Below are positions 36,921 to 46,421 of a stretch of DNA of 64,000 nucleotides, one piece after another (the stretch's first letter is position 1; the number at the start of each line of letters is the position of its first letter). The DNA is taken from assembly GCA_964373805.1 (NCBI GenBank), contig CAYJWF010000002.1:13861-77860 (forward strand), read 5' to 3'. Both the position numbers and the translations under genes were made by a program. This DNA is from an uncultured Planctomycetia bacterium (GTDB lineage Bacteria > Omnitrophota > Gorgyraeia > 1-14-0-20-64-10). Under the pieces are notes generated by a model. It had not been told where the DNA came from. It saw only the letters and a list, made by a program, of their open reading frames with translations, and ran no database searches.

Positions 36921-39900
36921 TTACACGCTAACCTTGGCCAATTCCTTCAGGTGGTCGGCGAGTTTGTTGAGACGGATGCCGTAGAAGGACTCGACCTCAG
37001 ACTGTGAGAGGCCCTCTTCCAATCCGGCCAGATTGCCGAGGATTCGCTTGAGCACAAAAGGGAGGTCGCCCATTGGAAGATGGGTAACCGTAATCGGAAC
37101 TCCGCGCGATTGGAGGAGTCGATTCAGAGCCTCAGCCCCATCCTCGGTGTCCAAATATCCCATCCGTCCAGCACCGAGGAGAGCCAGCGAACCGGCAGCT
37201 TCTTCCAGCCCCCCTGCTGCCAAAAGGACGCTGGGGTGATCCGCGTACGAAGGTGCCTCCGGGCCAATGACAACGAGGAACGGACCCAGCGCCGGCACCT
37301 GAGCCTTCAGGCGATCCAGGAATCCGATGAGTTCTGGCCCATCGGTTTTTAGCCCACTTGGCCCAATCCCGATCAAGGGCTGGGTTTTAAGTTCCGTCGC
37401 CAGGACCCGAGCGATCCGGACCATATCCTCCTCCAATCCAGCACTTGGTTTCCACTCATCGGGAGAAAAGGTCTGAATGCCGTCTTTGACCTTGACCAGT
37501 ACGGTGTCAGACTCTGGGTCATAGTGAATGGTCGTGGGTTCATTGAGCGCTTTACTCGGCAACTCCGCGGGAGGCTCGGTCGCCATATCATAGACGCGGA
37601 GCTTCTCCCGGTCATCGGTCACAAACAGGAGCTTTCGATCAGAAACATAGGCCATATCGCCAGTAAACCTGTATTCTCCAAAAGGCTCCCCAATCTGCTC
37701 TCCCGTCGTCGCATCAAAGCGGAGTAAGCGACAAATCGAAAGCTGACCAGGAAGATCAGGACCGACGGGGACAAGAAGGGTGTTATCATCCGCATCATAG
37801 ACAACCACGCTAGGGTTCAATGTGGAAATCGTTGGAGCTATCTCCTGTCCGGTTTCTGGGTCAAAGGTCCGTATCTGACTAACGAAGGCCACGAAGAGCC
37901 TCCGGTTTCGTAAATCCTGAGCGACGTCATTCACAGCCTCCAGAGAACGTACCGGAATGTTCTTGATCAGTTCTCCGGTCTCTCCTTGAAATAGCCGAAT
38001 CTCCCGCGTATTCTTAAATATTCCGGAAACTCCCTCCACCAGGATATCCGTATCCGGATCGTAATCTGCCTTGCGTAGCGTCACAACCTGCCGAACGGTC
38101 TCGGAAGGTTCCATTCTCTTTGGCTTGAACCATGGAGCAGCTTCTCCATTGGTCAGCTTCTCCAAAGCCTCCAATTGCGTCCTCACTTGGCTCAAAATCG
38201 GCTCCTCCAGATGCTGACTCGGTTCAACTCCCAGACCGATCAGCCGACCGGTCAGCTCCGCTAGTTTGGTGTCGTCCGACCCCAACCAGTCGGCCGGATT
38301 ACCACCGTAGAGGCTCATGGCATGCACCGCCCGCTGCGGCTTGGAACCCCTATCGACAAATTCCCGACGACCCCACCGAATCAGGGCTGCTTTAGAGATC
38401 GGTGGCCTTCCAGAATAAGGAGAAAGCGACAGAGAAGAGGCGTTACTGATTCTCTCCATAGCCTCCTTGAAAGCAGGGCCCGCGTGCCTTAAGGCTCCAT
38501 GGACATGTGGCCAATCAAAGTGATGTGCCAAAAGAATTAAGTTCTCTACCGCCAAGATATCCCGGCGCAACAGCCTGGGAGTCGACCGGAGCCACTGGGT
38601 AGTCTCGTTAAGTTTCTGATCGGCATACTCCACATTCGTAGGACCGTATCGAGGTCTTTCCAAGATTACACGCAGTTCATCCGACAGCTCTTCCAGGCCG
38701 GTCTTAGGCTCCGTTGGTGGATCGGGTGGGACTTGGCCTCTGAGTTGCGCGATCTCTTCATCCACGAGGCGCTCCACATCCGCTGGAGCTGCGCCTGGCT
38801 GTACCCCACGCTGCACCAAAGCCTCCACGTACCGGTCTATGGGGCGAAGCTGGGCGTTGGTATCCAGCTCTTCCATGCGGACCATCTCCACATTGGAAAA
38901 ACGCCCTTTAAGCAACCGCTCCGTCTGAAAGGCATGCATTCGGCCTCGGGGGACGACCATGACTGTACTTTCAGGTTCAGGATCTTCTTCCAGATACATC
39001 AAGGCCTTCAAGGCTGAGATCAGTTCCAGGCCGATCTGAACATCGTCCCTCTGGTAAGCGCTGGCTAGTTTTTCCTGTGCAGCATGAAGCAGATCGGCCT
39101 TCACCTGGGATTCAGCGGAAGGGTCCTTCACCTGTTGGAGAGCCAGATTCTCCCGCTCACGGGCCAAGAGAAATCTCCACCAGGATTCAAAGGAGGGTTC
39201 CTCCCGTAACGGGACGACGTTGATCCCTCTCTTCTGCTTCTCCACCAGAATCTCGAACAACCGGCGGTTCCAATCGGATGGAATAGGCGGATTAAACGAT
39301 GTCGACCCGGCCCGGATCTGGCTCACCCAGCCATCCATGAACTCGTTGACTCCTTCCATCGCCTGATGAAACGCCGGACGAACGATTTGGTCCACTCCCT
39401 GGGGATCCCTCCTAGCCGCCGCGATCAGATCTCCTGGTTGAAGGCCGGCGATCTGAAGCAACTCTGTCAGGAACGGTCCACCCACTTCCAACGGGACGAC
39501 CAGATGTTTGACGCCTGGTCGGGCACTCAAGAAACCATCCAACCGCTTTTTGAACTCCTCCAGCACCTTCATGGACAAGGGATCATCTCCATGCAGCAGG
39601 AAGCCGGCCAGAACCGGAATCTGAGAGATCCTTGTGGTACCAAGACCCGTTTGGGCAATCAACCACACTGGCCTAAGCTGTGGGAAACTCTGAACAAGCT
39701 GCCGAAAAAGTCCAGCCTCTAAAGTAGTGGGATCTTCGTGACGGTGGTGAGCTACCTCCCCTGCAACCAAATCGACCAAACGGGATAGGCTAAGAGGCGA
39801 ATCGGCAGAAATGTAAAAGTTAACCCGATTATCTTCAGGATCACCCGGCTTGGTGTACCTTACGACAGACAGCGCGTTCTTTCCATGCGAATCGCGATGG

Positions 39901-42900
39901 GTGACGACAGAACCTCTCGGATCGGTCACGGGAATAGGGTCTTGGAGGATGGCCCTAAATCTGTAAGACTCCCCATACCCTGTATTTGGATCCTCCGTAG
40001 ATAGATACTGTGAGCTGAGCCAATTTCGGAGAACAATCTCAATATCTTTAGGAGTCAAACCAGCCCAGTCATCTCCCAAAGTGGCAGGAGCTCCCCTGGT
40101 TTCCTCCTCCGGTGGGATCGGTTTCTCTAGCTCAGCCTTAATCTTGGCCAGCGCTTCCTCGGTTGGGAGTATATCGGCTGGGATCCCCAGACCGATCAGC
40201 CGACCGGTCAGCTCCGCCAGTTTCGTGTCATCCGACCCCAACCAGTCGGCCGGCTTGCCGCCGTAGAGGCGCATCGCCTGCACCGCCCGCTGGGGCTTGG
40301 TCCCTTTTCCAAACTCTTGACGACCAGAACGGATGAGCTCCGTCGAAGTGGGTTCCTCCTCCAGACCGGAGGCGGGGCCGGCGCTTAACCAGGTCAGGAG
40401 ACGGTCCATGCGGGGATCGCTGTAAAGATCCCCTGGCATGGCGATGGGATTGCTGTTGGAATCAAGCCGTTGCCATGCCAGAGCTCTCTGGAAGGTACTC
40501 CGCAATCGGTCGTCCGGCTGACTCAAGAAGGCATCCACCACCTCCAGGAACTGGGCCCAGCTCTGGCTCGTGGCCAACCGGTAGAGGTGATCCTTGAGCT
40601 GCTCGGTGGACAACCGTTGGGGAAGGTCAGGAAAGGAACCGGTGAGAACCAGCCCCTTTTGCGTGTCGGTTGGAGCGGGAAGGTGCCGCCCCAGGGCGGC
40701 TGCCTGAATGGTTTTAGCTTGGGAGTCGGTCTCTCTGGAAAAGGCCTCTAAGAGAGCAGGCACCAGTTGAGGCGATAAGGAGAGGTCCGAGCCTAAGCCC
40801 AGCTTGGCCGCCTCTCTCCGAGCAGCCACGTCTGGATCCGTTATCTTGGCGATGAGGGTCCTGAGGGCTGCTTCCGGAGAAGGGTTTACCTGGATATCGA
40901 GTTTGGCATCTTGAAGGGCCTTCCGGATCGTCTCGGGTTCCCCTTCCTTCAGGGGAACGTAGGTTCGCAGGATCAAATCGATCAGAGGAACGGATTGATC
41001 GGGCCTAAGGCTTAAATTCCCGACAGCCGCCTCAGTCAGGCGCATGTCGGGCGGCTCATACAGCTCCCCCTGTCGGAATAAGGGACGCAACACGTTGGCG
41101 GCCTTGACCACACTCCGGATGGCTTCCTCAGGAATCGTGGGATGGTCCTCGCGGAGGATCGCCACCTCATCGTTCTCCTCCGGATAACCGTAGCGATGGA
41201 TCGCCCAGCGATCTACAAATTCAGCGGAAAGCTCGTATACCTCATACGGCGGCCGAGGGGGATTCATGTTCAGACCCACGACCGCCCCCTCCGGTAAAAC
41301 AAACTCCTCGCCGTTGTCCATGAGGACTCTGCGCTCAGCCAGGAAGTCATTGAAGGCGGCCAACGTTCCTGGCAGGGCTTTGTTCCCTTCGTCCCAAACA
41401 ACGATGGGCGGACCTTCTCTCGCCACTCTGTCCGGCCTGAGGTAGGCCAGTGGTAAGGAATCTCTCCAGAGGGTCTTTCCCTTCTCGTACCATCGGATCA
41501 CCAGCATGTCCCGGACCTTAAAGTCCTTGCTCATTCCGAGGACGATGAGGTTCCGTTTTAAGGTCCTGGCCAAAATCTCCATAAAATAGTTCTTACCGGT
41601 TCCGGCATCTCCAATGTTCAGGAGGTGTTCTCCTAACGCCACCGACTTGAGTAGATCTTCCAGTTTCCTGAGGTTCCCGGCACTCTTCCGGAACAGCTTG
41701 GTGGGAATTAACCCTCCGGTTCCAGTGGCCAGGGAAATCCGGACATCCGCCGGCCAGTGAGGATACCGGATGAAACTCGAGGAATCGGTCTGAGGGTCCG
41801 ATGGAACCACGATCGGCTCCACAGCAAGAGACCTGGCGGCTGGCCAAGGCTGACCCGCAGGCCAGTGGGTCGGTTTAAAGACCCGCTCCAGGAGGTCCTG
41901 GACGTGTTGTTCCATCCCATCCCCATGGACCGTATCGTCCACCCAGTAGCTTTTGAAGAAGATATCCGGTATTCGGGCCAGATCCTCCGGAAAGGTATCG
42001 AGATGCCGAACCATCCGGACTAAGGCTCGGGTGGTCACCACAAAAGGAGATTCTGCCTGCCGGGCATCTGCCCGAAGCAACCGGGCCGCCTCCAGGAGGC
42101 CATCGATGATTCCATCGGAGACCACCCAATCTCCATCGGTGGTCTTGCGCCTCCTCTGCTGGCGAAGGATCTGCCGCTCGTGTTCTTGAAAGAGCGCAAA
42201 TTCCAGGTTGTCCTTCCCATCGGCCAGTTTCTCCGATGGATAATCCAGTCGGAGCTTGCCGAAACGGGTGAGAAACTCACCCGGAAGTTGCCTCCCCTTA
42301 TACTGCATGAGGGAAACAATATCCCCTTCCGGCGGGTTGATCGCTGCGACGAATCGGCTGTTGGGATGGAACCTGGCCACCCGGTCATGGAGAACTTTGA
42401 CTCGGCTTTGCAAGGGATCGTTCAGTTCCGCCAGAACGGAGCCTGGTGCCCGGTTGACTTCCGATAGAATCACTAAATCCCCCAATTCCCCTCCTTCCAC
42501 GATATCCGAGGTGGACCATTCCATTTCCTCTCCTCGATGGGAGAGGCGCTCGGTGACGTTGGGCTTACGCATGTTCTCGTTGAAGGTCACCACCCGAACC
42601 CGGGTTTGGTGAACGTAATTCAGCAGTTGGGAGCGGACCGTTGCCAACGTGGAATCGGTCATCTGGGTCGCCTTCCCTTGCAGCCACCCCCGATAGATCT
42701 CCCAGATGTATCGGGCGTAGAGGCTCTTGCCGATCCCGGCCTGCCCGATCAACAGGAGGTTGTTCCGAGTCGGATGCCGCAGGACATCCCACATCTGTTT
42801 CAGCTTCAGCACCGTCCAGTCAGAGAGTTCTATCTTCAGAGTATTCGGCGGATCGATCCGGATCCCATCGATCTCAAACCAAGCCTGGTCCCCTTGCCTG

Positions 42901-45900
42901 TGAAACAAAAGCTCCCCAGCGCCCGGCAAGCCCTCAAACGGGGAAAGCCGCGGGAAGGCCAACGGCAGACGCTCGGACGCTACCTCCTCCAAGCCAGCCT
43001 CTGGTCCAGCCTGGGGACTGGGGCCGCTGGGCTTCCAGGGGCGGACTGGGCGGCGCATCTCCTGGTTCATGGTGAAGATCCCTTTGCGGACCAGTTGGTG
43101 CATCTGGGGAATATGGATCCCGTAAGGGCCGTAGGTCTGTTTCACCGCGGCCATGGCAGGACCCAGGCCCCAGCCGAAAATCCGGATGTCCGGGTTTTTC
43201 TCCATCAACTGGGCCATGGCGGAAGCTCCACCTGCCCCGGAAAGCCCATCGGAGATCACCCAGAGGATCTTCTCGGTCTCGGTATCGGCCCCTTCTCGAA
43301 GGCGAGCCATCTCCTCGGCGACAGCACCGACATCGTCCGTTCCGCCGTGGGTTAGGTTCAGCGCCTGGTCGACTACGAATGCGGCCTTCTGCTCGTCCCA
43401 CTTCTCATCGAATCTCTTGACCACAATGGAGGCGTTAGGTGTCCAATTCGAAAAGAGGGTGATCTCAAACTGTTGCCCTGGAACTGGGGCAACCGCCTCG
43501 GCCAAGGTGACCAGGAGATCCAGGGCATGGTCGATCTTTCGCTCCTCCTTCTCGACGGCCTCCTTCTTTTTCCTGAGTAACTCTTCCAAATCCAGTCCTT
43601 GGCTCTTCCAATTCTCCCAATCCACCGGATTCTGCATGCTGCCGCTGACATCCAGCAGGAAGGAACGGCGCTGCTTGACCTTTCCTGGGTCCAGGACATC
43701 CTGGAAGATAAAAGGCCAACCGGTAGAGGCCAGCGGCAGCTCTTCCTCATCCAGGTCGTCCCCTTCCCGGAGGCCACCGACGTATTCGGTCGTCTCTCTC
43801 ATCTGTACCGATTGGAAAAGATGGGCCCTAGCGACAGAGATGAGTGAGAGTCTCTTGGCTACGTATCTGCGGTACCGATCCCGCTGATCGGTCAACGCCT
43901 CCTTGCGGACCTTCCGCTGCTCCTGTTGGCGTTGAACAGCTTGCCTTTCTCGTCCCCTTCGCTCCTGTGGAGAAACCTCGAACTCCCGCTGGAGCTTCGC
44001 CATGTCGCCCAGCTCCACGGGGGATAATGGGACCTCGGCCGGTTTCGGGGCTGCTGGGGGGAGTACCTTGAGAAGCTCCTCGCCGATTAACTCCGGCAAG
44101 GTCTCTCCAAGGCCGCCGGGTGAAAAATCGGGTGGCGTCGGAGCTGTTGGGATAGGAATCCCCGATTCCTGGGCTTGGGATCGGGCCTGCTGACCAGCCT
44201 GACGAATTCCTTCTGAAATGGATGCCGCCTGCTCACCCAATGATTGACTTTGCTGAGAGAGCTTCTGGGCCGTATCCGCCATCGGCGTTCCAGAGGATTC
44301 TTGAGCCAGTTGATTGAAACGGCTCTGAATCACGATCACCTGCGCCTGGATCCGGCCAGCCTGCTGACCAGCCTCATCCATTCCCTCGATGATGAGGATG
44401 ACCTGAAGCGGGACACCTGGATCTCCTTGAGCCATCCCTTTGAGGTTCTTAAGCCTTTCGGCCAGTTGGGCCAGCATCTGAAGAAGCTCGTGGAGTGCGC
44501 CGGAAATCGATTTCGCATCCTGACCGGCCTGTTTGGCCTCTGCTGCAAGCTCCGGTTTTCCTTGGGCCTGCGCTTGGGGCCACACCCCTTGCGCCAGTTC
44601 CTGTAAAATCCGACGGAGGGTCAGAGCCATGGCCTCGGCCTGTTGCCTCTGTTTCTTTAATTCCGGATTGGCCCATTCGGCGATCGAGCGGGCTGCCTCA
44701 AAGATTCGCTCCTGAGGAGATTTCCTGCTGGAGATATTTTTCGATTCTCGCGCCACCGCGCCCGCGGTGGACTCCGCCCCTTGAGCCAAGTCCTGGATCT
44801 GGCCCGCCTGTTGGGCTACAGAGGCAGCCTGTTCCTGAACGGAACGGGCCAGATCCCGCAAGGTGGAAACATCCGGCTTGGGCTGATTTCCTTCCTTAGC
44901 CAACGCCTGCGCCTGATCCGGAAGCCTCTCTGCCTTCTCGGTAAGCTCCTTGGCTTGGGCCTCGATCTGCTCAAACTGACCCGGCAGACGATGGGCCAGA
45001 TCTCGAAGCTTCTGGACAGGACCCGGAGCCAACTGGCTTAACCGTTCGGCATACTCGGGAACCTGTTTAGCTTGAGCCGCAGATTCTTGGGCTTGGGTGC
45101 AAAGATCCCCAACCTCCTTTTGGAGGATCTGCGACATCTGGGTAAGATTTTCCAATTGCTTAGAAGGGATCGGCGCGGCGCCGGCTGCATGACGGACCTC
45201 CTGGGCCCCTGAGCCCAATCCACCGGCTGATTGCTCAGCGGTTTTCGCCTCCCCAACGATCTCTTGAGCGGCCCGGGAAAGGTCCCGGGCCAGTTGACCA
45301 ACCTTCTCGGCCCGGCGCTGAAGATCCTCATGTAATTTCCCCATGGCTTCCGGGGAAGCCGAGCCGGGGCGACCCGATAAGAGACCCTGCGGGATTACCC
45401 CAGCCAAAGGAAATTTCGGCGCCATTTGCCGGACGGTTTCCTCCAACCGCTGGTCTCTCATGCGGGGATCGAACTGAAGCAGCCGTTCGGCAACTGGCCA
45501 GAGGTCGTCTCGGACCATCCGATACAAGGAGCTGAACTCTATCCCAACGGATTTCTGACGCGTCAGCCGGGTTTGATCCAACGCCTCACGGACTTCGGGG
45601 GAAACGATCCTCTCATCCTTGACCTGTTCTCCCGGCTTGGCCACCGTCTGCCTGCGGCCTTCGTAGAGGATCCCTTCCAAGAACTGGAGGAAGAGAGGCA
45701 GTTGTCCCATCGCACCTTGGGCGGCCTCAAGTTTCTGGCTGTAAAGCGCCGTATCCAGATTCACGAAGTCAGCCTGCATGCCGGGAAGCCGGGCCGTCAC
45801 CCGAGCGCGGGCCCAGGGAATTCCCGTAGCACGCAAAAGAGCCAGAAACGCTCCGTTGGTGGCCAGAGGAGGGTCTACCACGGAAAAATCCAGGTGGATC

Positions 45901-46265
45901 GCTGCCGCTACCGCCTCCATCAGGAAGGCAAGGAGAACCTGATCAGGCTGATCGCTGTACCGCTTGAAATCCTCTGGCGCATACTGGAGGATGTGGAGGC
46001 TTGGGATGTACCGCCACTGGGGCCAGTCCCCTTCCCAGAGCGCCTCCCAGGTCCGAAGCTGAAGCTTGTAGTCGCCGGTAAATGTACGGGCTAATCGAGT
46101 TAGGCGATCCAGAAATTGCGGATCGATCTCTCGGAGGGCCTCCTCAAGCCCCGACTCGACCGTCGCAGAACCCACTCCCTGTGTCCGGAGAGCCCACGCA
46201 GGATGCGGCAGACTGAGGATGACTGCAAGCAAAAGCGCTACAGACGTGCGCCAGAATCTTGGCAT
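36921..46265 (-). CDS. Giant (3114 aa) multidomain protein: N-terminal signal/anchor, ~500-aa Gln/Ala-rich helical region, VWA (MIDAS) domain, two MoxR/midasin-like AAA_5 ATPase modules, duplicated ~55-aa module, beta-propeller-like repeats, C-terminal domain
   Basis: MIDAS LLDVSGSMQNP...THGGTD...VISDG; Walker A LLLIGQAGIGKS and second P-loop NIGDAGTGKN; Walker B VVWDEGNKALPGTLAAFNDFL; repeated SLYGG-PADWLGSDDTKLAELTGRLIGLG; single uninterrupted ORF ending 12 nt before bamA. Confidence 0.8.
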   Translation of the reverse strand: MPRFWRTSVALLLAVILSLPHPAWALRTQGVGSATVESGLEEALREIDPQFLDRLTRLARTFTGDYKLQLRTWEALWEGDWPQWRYIPSLHILQYAPEDFKRYSDQPDQVLLAFLMEAVAAAIHLDFSVVDPPLATNGAFLALLRATGIPWARARVTARLPGMQADFVNLDTALYSQKLEAAQGAMGQLPLFLQFLEGILYEGRRQTVAKPGEQVKDERIVSPEVREALDQTRLTRQKSVGIEFSSLYRMVRDDLWPVAERLLQFDPRMRDQRLEETVRQMAPKFPLAGVIPQGLLSGRPGSASPEAMGKLHEDLQRRAEKVGQLARDLSRAAQEIVGEAKTAEQSAGGLGSGAQEVRHAAGAAPIPSKQLENLTQMSQILQKEVGDLCTQAQESAAQAKQVPEYAERLSQLAPGPVQKLRDLAHRLPGQFEQIEAQAKELTEKAERLPDQAQALAKEGNQPKPDVSTLRDLARSVQEQAASVAQQAGQIQDLAQGAESTAGAVARESKNISSRKSPQERIFEAARSIAEWANPELKKQRQQAEAMALTLRRILQELAQGVWPQAQAQGKPELAAEAKQAGQDAKSISGALHELLQMLAQLAERLKNLKGMAQGDPGVPLQVILIIEGMDEAGQQAGRIQAQVIVIQSRFNQLAQESSGTPMADTAQKLSQQSQSLGEQAASISEGIRQAGQQARSQAQESGIPIPTAPTPPDFSPGGLGETLPELIGEELLKVLPPAAPKPAEVPLSPVELGDMAKLQREFEVSPQERRGRERQAVQRQQEQRKVRKEALTDQRDRYRRYVAKRLSLISVARAHLFQSVQMRETTEYVGGLREGDDLDEEELPLASTGWPFIFQDVLDPGKVKQRRSFLLDVSGSMQNPVDWENWKSQGLDLEELLRKKKEAVEKEERKIDHALDLLVTLAEAVAPVPGQQFEITLFSNWTPNASIVVKRFDEKWDEQKAAFVVDQALNLTHGGTDDVGAVAEEMARLREGADTETEKILWVISDGLSGAGGASAMAQLMEKNPDIRIFGWGLGPAMAAVKQTYGPYGIHIPQMHQLVRKGIFTMNQEMRRPVRPWKPSGPSPQAGPEAGLEEVASERLPLAFPRLSPFEGLPGAGELLFHRQGDQAWFEIDGIRIDPPNTLKIELSDWTVLKLKQMWDVLRHPTRNNLLLIGQAGIGKSLYARYIWEIYRGWLQGKATQMTDSTLATVRSQLLNYVHQTRVRVVTFNENMRKPNVTERLSHRGEEMEWSTSDIVEGGELGDLVILSEVNRAPGSVLAELNDPLQSRVKVLHDRVARFHPNSRFVAAINPPEGDIVSLMQYKGRQLPGEFLTRFGKLRLDYPSEKLADGKDNLEFALFQEHERQILRQQRRRKTTDGDWVVSDGIIDGLLEAARLLRADARQAESPFVVTTRALVRMVRHLDTFPEDLARIPDIFFKSYWVDDTVHGDGMEQHVQDLLERVFKPTHWPAGQPWPAARSLAVEPIVVPSDPQTDSSSFIRYPHWPADVRISLATGTGGLIPTKLFRKSAGNLRKLEDLLKSVALGEHLLNIGDAGTGKNYFMEILARTLKRNLIVLGMSKDFKVRDMLVIRWYEKGKTLWRDSLPLAYLRPDRVAREGPPIVVWDEGNKALPGTLAAFNDFLAERRVLMDNGEEFVLPEGAVVGLNMNPPRPPYEVYELSAEFVDRWAIHRYGYPEENDEVAILREDHPTIPEEAIRSVVKAANVLRPLFRQGELYEPPDMRLTEAAVGNLSLRPDQSVPLIDLILRTYVPLKEGEPETIRKALQDAKLDIQVNPSPEAALRTLIAKITDPDVAARREAAKLGLGSDLSLSPQLVPALLEAFSRETDSQAKTIQAAALGRHLPAPTDTQKGLVLTGSFPDLPQRLSTEQLKDHLYRLATSQSWAQFLEVVDAFLSQPDDRLRSTFQRALAWQRLDSNSNPIAMPGDLYSDPRMDRLLTWLSAGPASGLEEEPTSTELIRSGRQEFGKGTKPQRAVQAMRLYGGKPADWLGSDDTKLAELTGRLIGLGIPADILPTEEALAKIKAELEKPIPPEEETRGAPATLGDDWAGLTPKDIEIVLRNWLSSQYLSTEDPNTGYGESYRFRAILQDPIPVTDPRGSVVTHRDSHGKNALSVVRYTKPGDPEDNRVNFYISADSPLSLSRLVDLVAGEVAHHRHEDPTTLEAGLFRQLVQSFPQLRPVWLIAQTGLGTTRISQIPVLAGFLLHGDDPLSMKVLEEFKKRLDGFLSARPGVKHLVVPLEVGGPFLTELLQIAGLQPGDLIAAARRDPQGVDQIVRPAFHQAMEGVNEFMDGWVSQIRAGSTSFNPPIPSDWNRRLFEILVEKQKRGINVVPLREEPSFESWWRFLLARERENLALQQVKDPSAESQVKADLLHAAQEKLASAYQRDDVQIGLELISALKALMYLEEDPEPESTVMVVPRGRMHAFQTERLLKGRFSNVEMVRMEELDTNAQLRPIDRYVEALVQRGVQPGAAPADVERLVDEEIAQLRGQVPPDPPTEPKTGLEELSDELRVILERPRYGPTNVEYADQKLNETTQWLRSTPRLLRRDILAVENLILLAHHFDWPHVHGALRHAGPAFKEAMERISNASSLSLSPYSGRPPISKAALIRWGRREFVDRGSKPQRAVHAMSLYGGNPADWLGSDDTKLAELTGRLIGLGVEPSQHLEEPILSQVRTQLEALEKLTNGEAAPWFKPKRMEPSETVRQVVTLRKADYDPDTDILVEGVSGIFKNTREIRLFQGETGELIKNIPVRSLEAVNDVAQDLRNRRLFVAFVSQIRTFDPETGQEIAPTISTLNPSVVVYDADDNTLLVPVGPDLPGQLSICRLLRFDATTGEQIGEPFGEYRFTGDMAYVSDRKLLFVTDDREKLRVYDMATEPPAELPSKALNEPTTIHYDPESDTVLVKVKDGIQTFSPDEWKPSAGLEEDMVRIARVLATELKTQPLIGIGPSGLKTDGPELIGFLDRLKAQVPALGPFLVVIGPEAPSYADHPSVLLAAGGLEEAAGSLALLGAGRMGYLDTEDGAEALNRLLQSRGVPITVTHLPMGDLPFVLKRILGNLAGLEEGLSQSEVESFYGIRLNKLADHLKELAKVSV
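38230..38344. repeat. Intragenic 115-bp direct repeat, copy 1 (inside giant gene)
   Basis: ~90% identical to 40186..40300. Confidence 0.7.
40186..40300. repeat. Intragenic 115-bp direct repeat, copy 2 (inside giant gene)
   Basis: ~90% identical to 38230..38344; both encode the PKPQRAV-A-LYGG-PADWLGSDDTKLAELTGRLIGLG module. Confidence 0.7.
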
Positions 46266-46421
46266 CTATGGGTTTGCCTTTTCGGGGAACTCTCTATCGC
46301 TTCTTCCAACTATAATATATTCTAACTACACTTTCCAAGTATAGCCGATAGGGCCCATAGAAATCAAGAGGAATTTACGGGGTGAAAAATATCAAGGCAA
46401 GGTGCCAGGTCGACCCGACCC

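Noticed and set aside
46338-46377. Possible sigma-70 promoter (TTGATT-18-TATACT on minus strand) upstream of the giant gene
   Set aside because: Plausible but only a motif match in an AT-rich spacer; not reported as a feature without transcript data.
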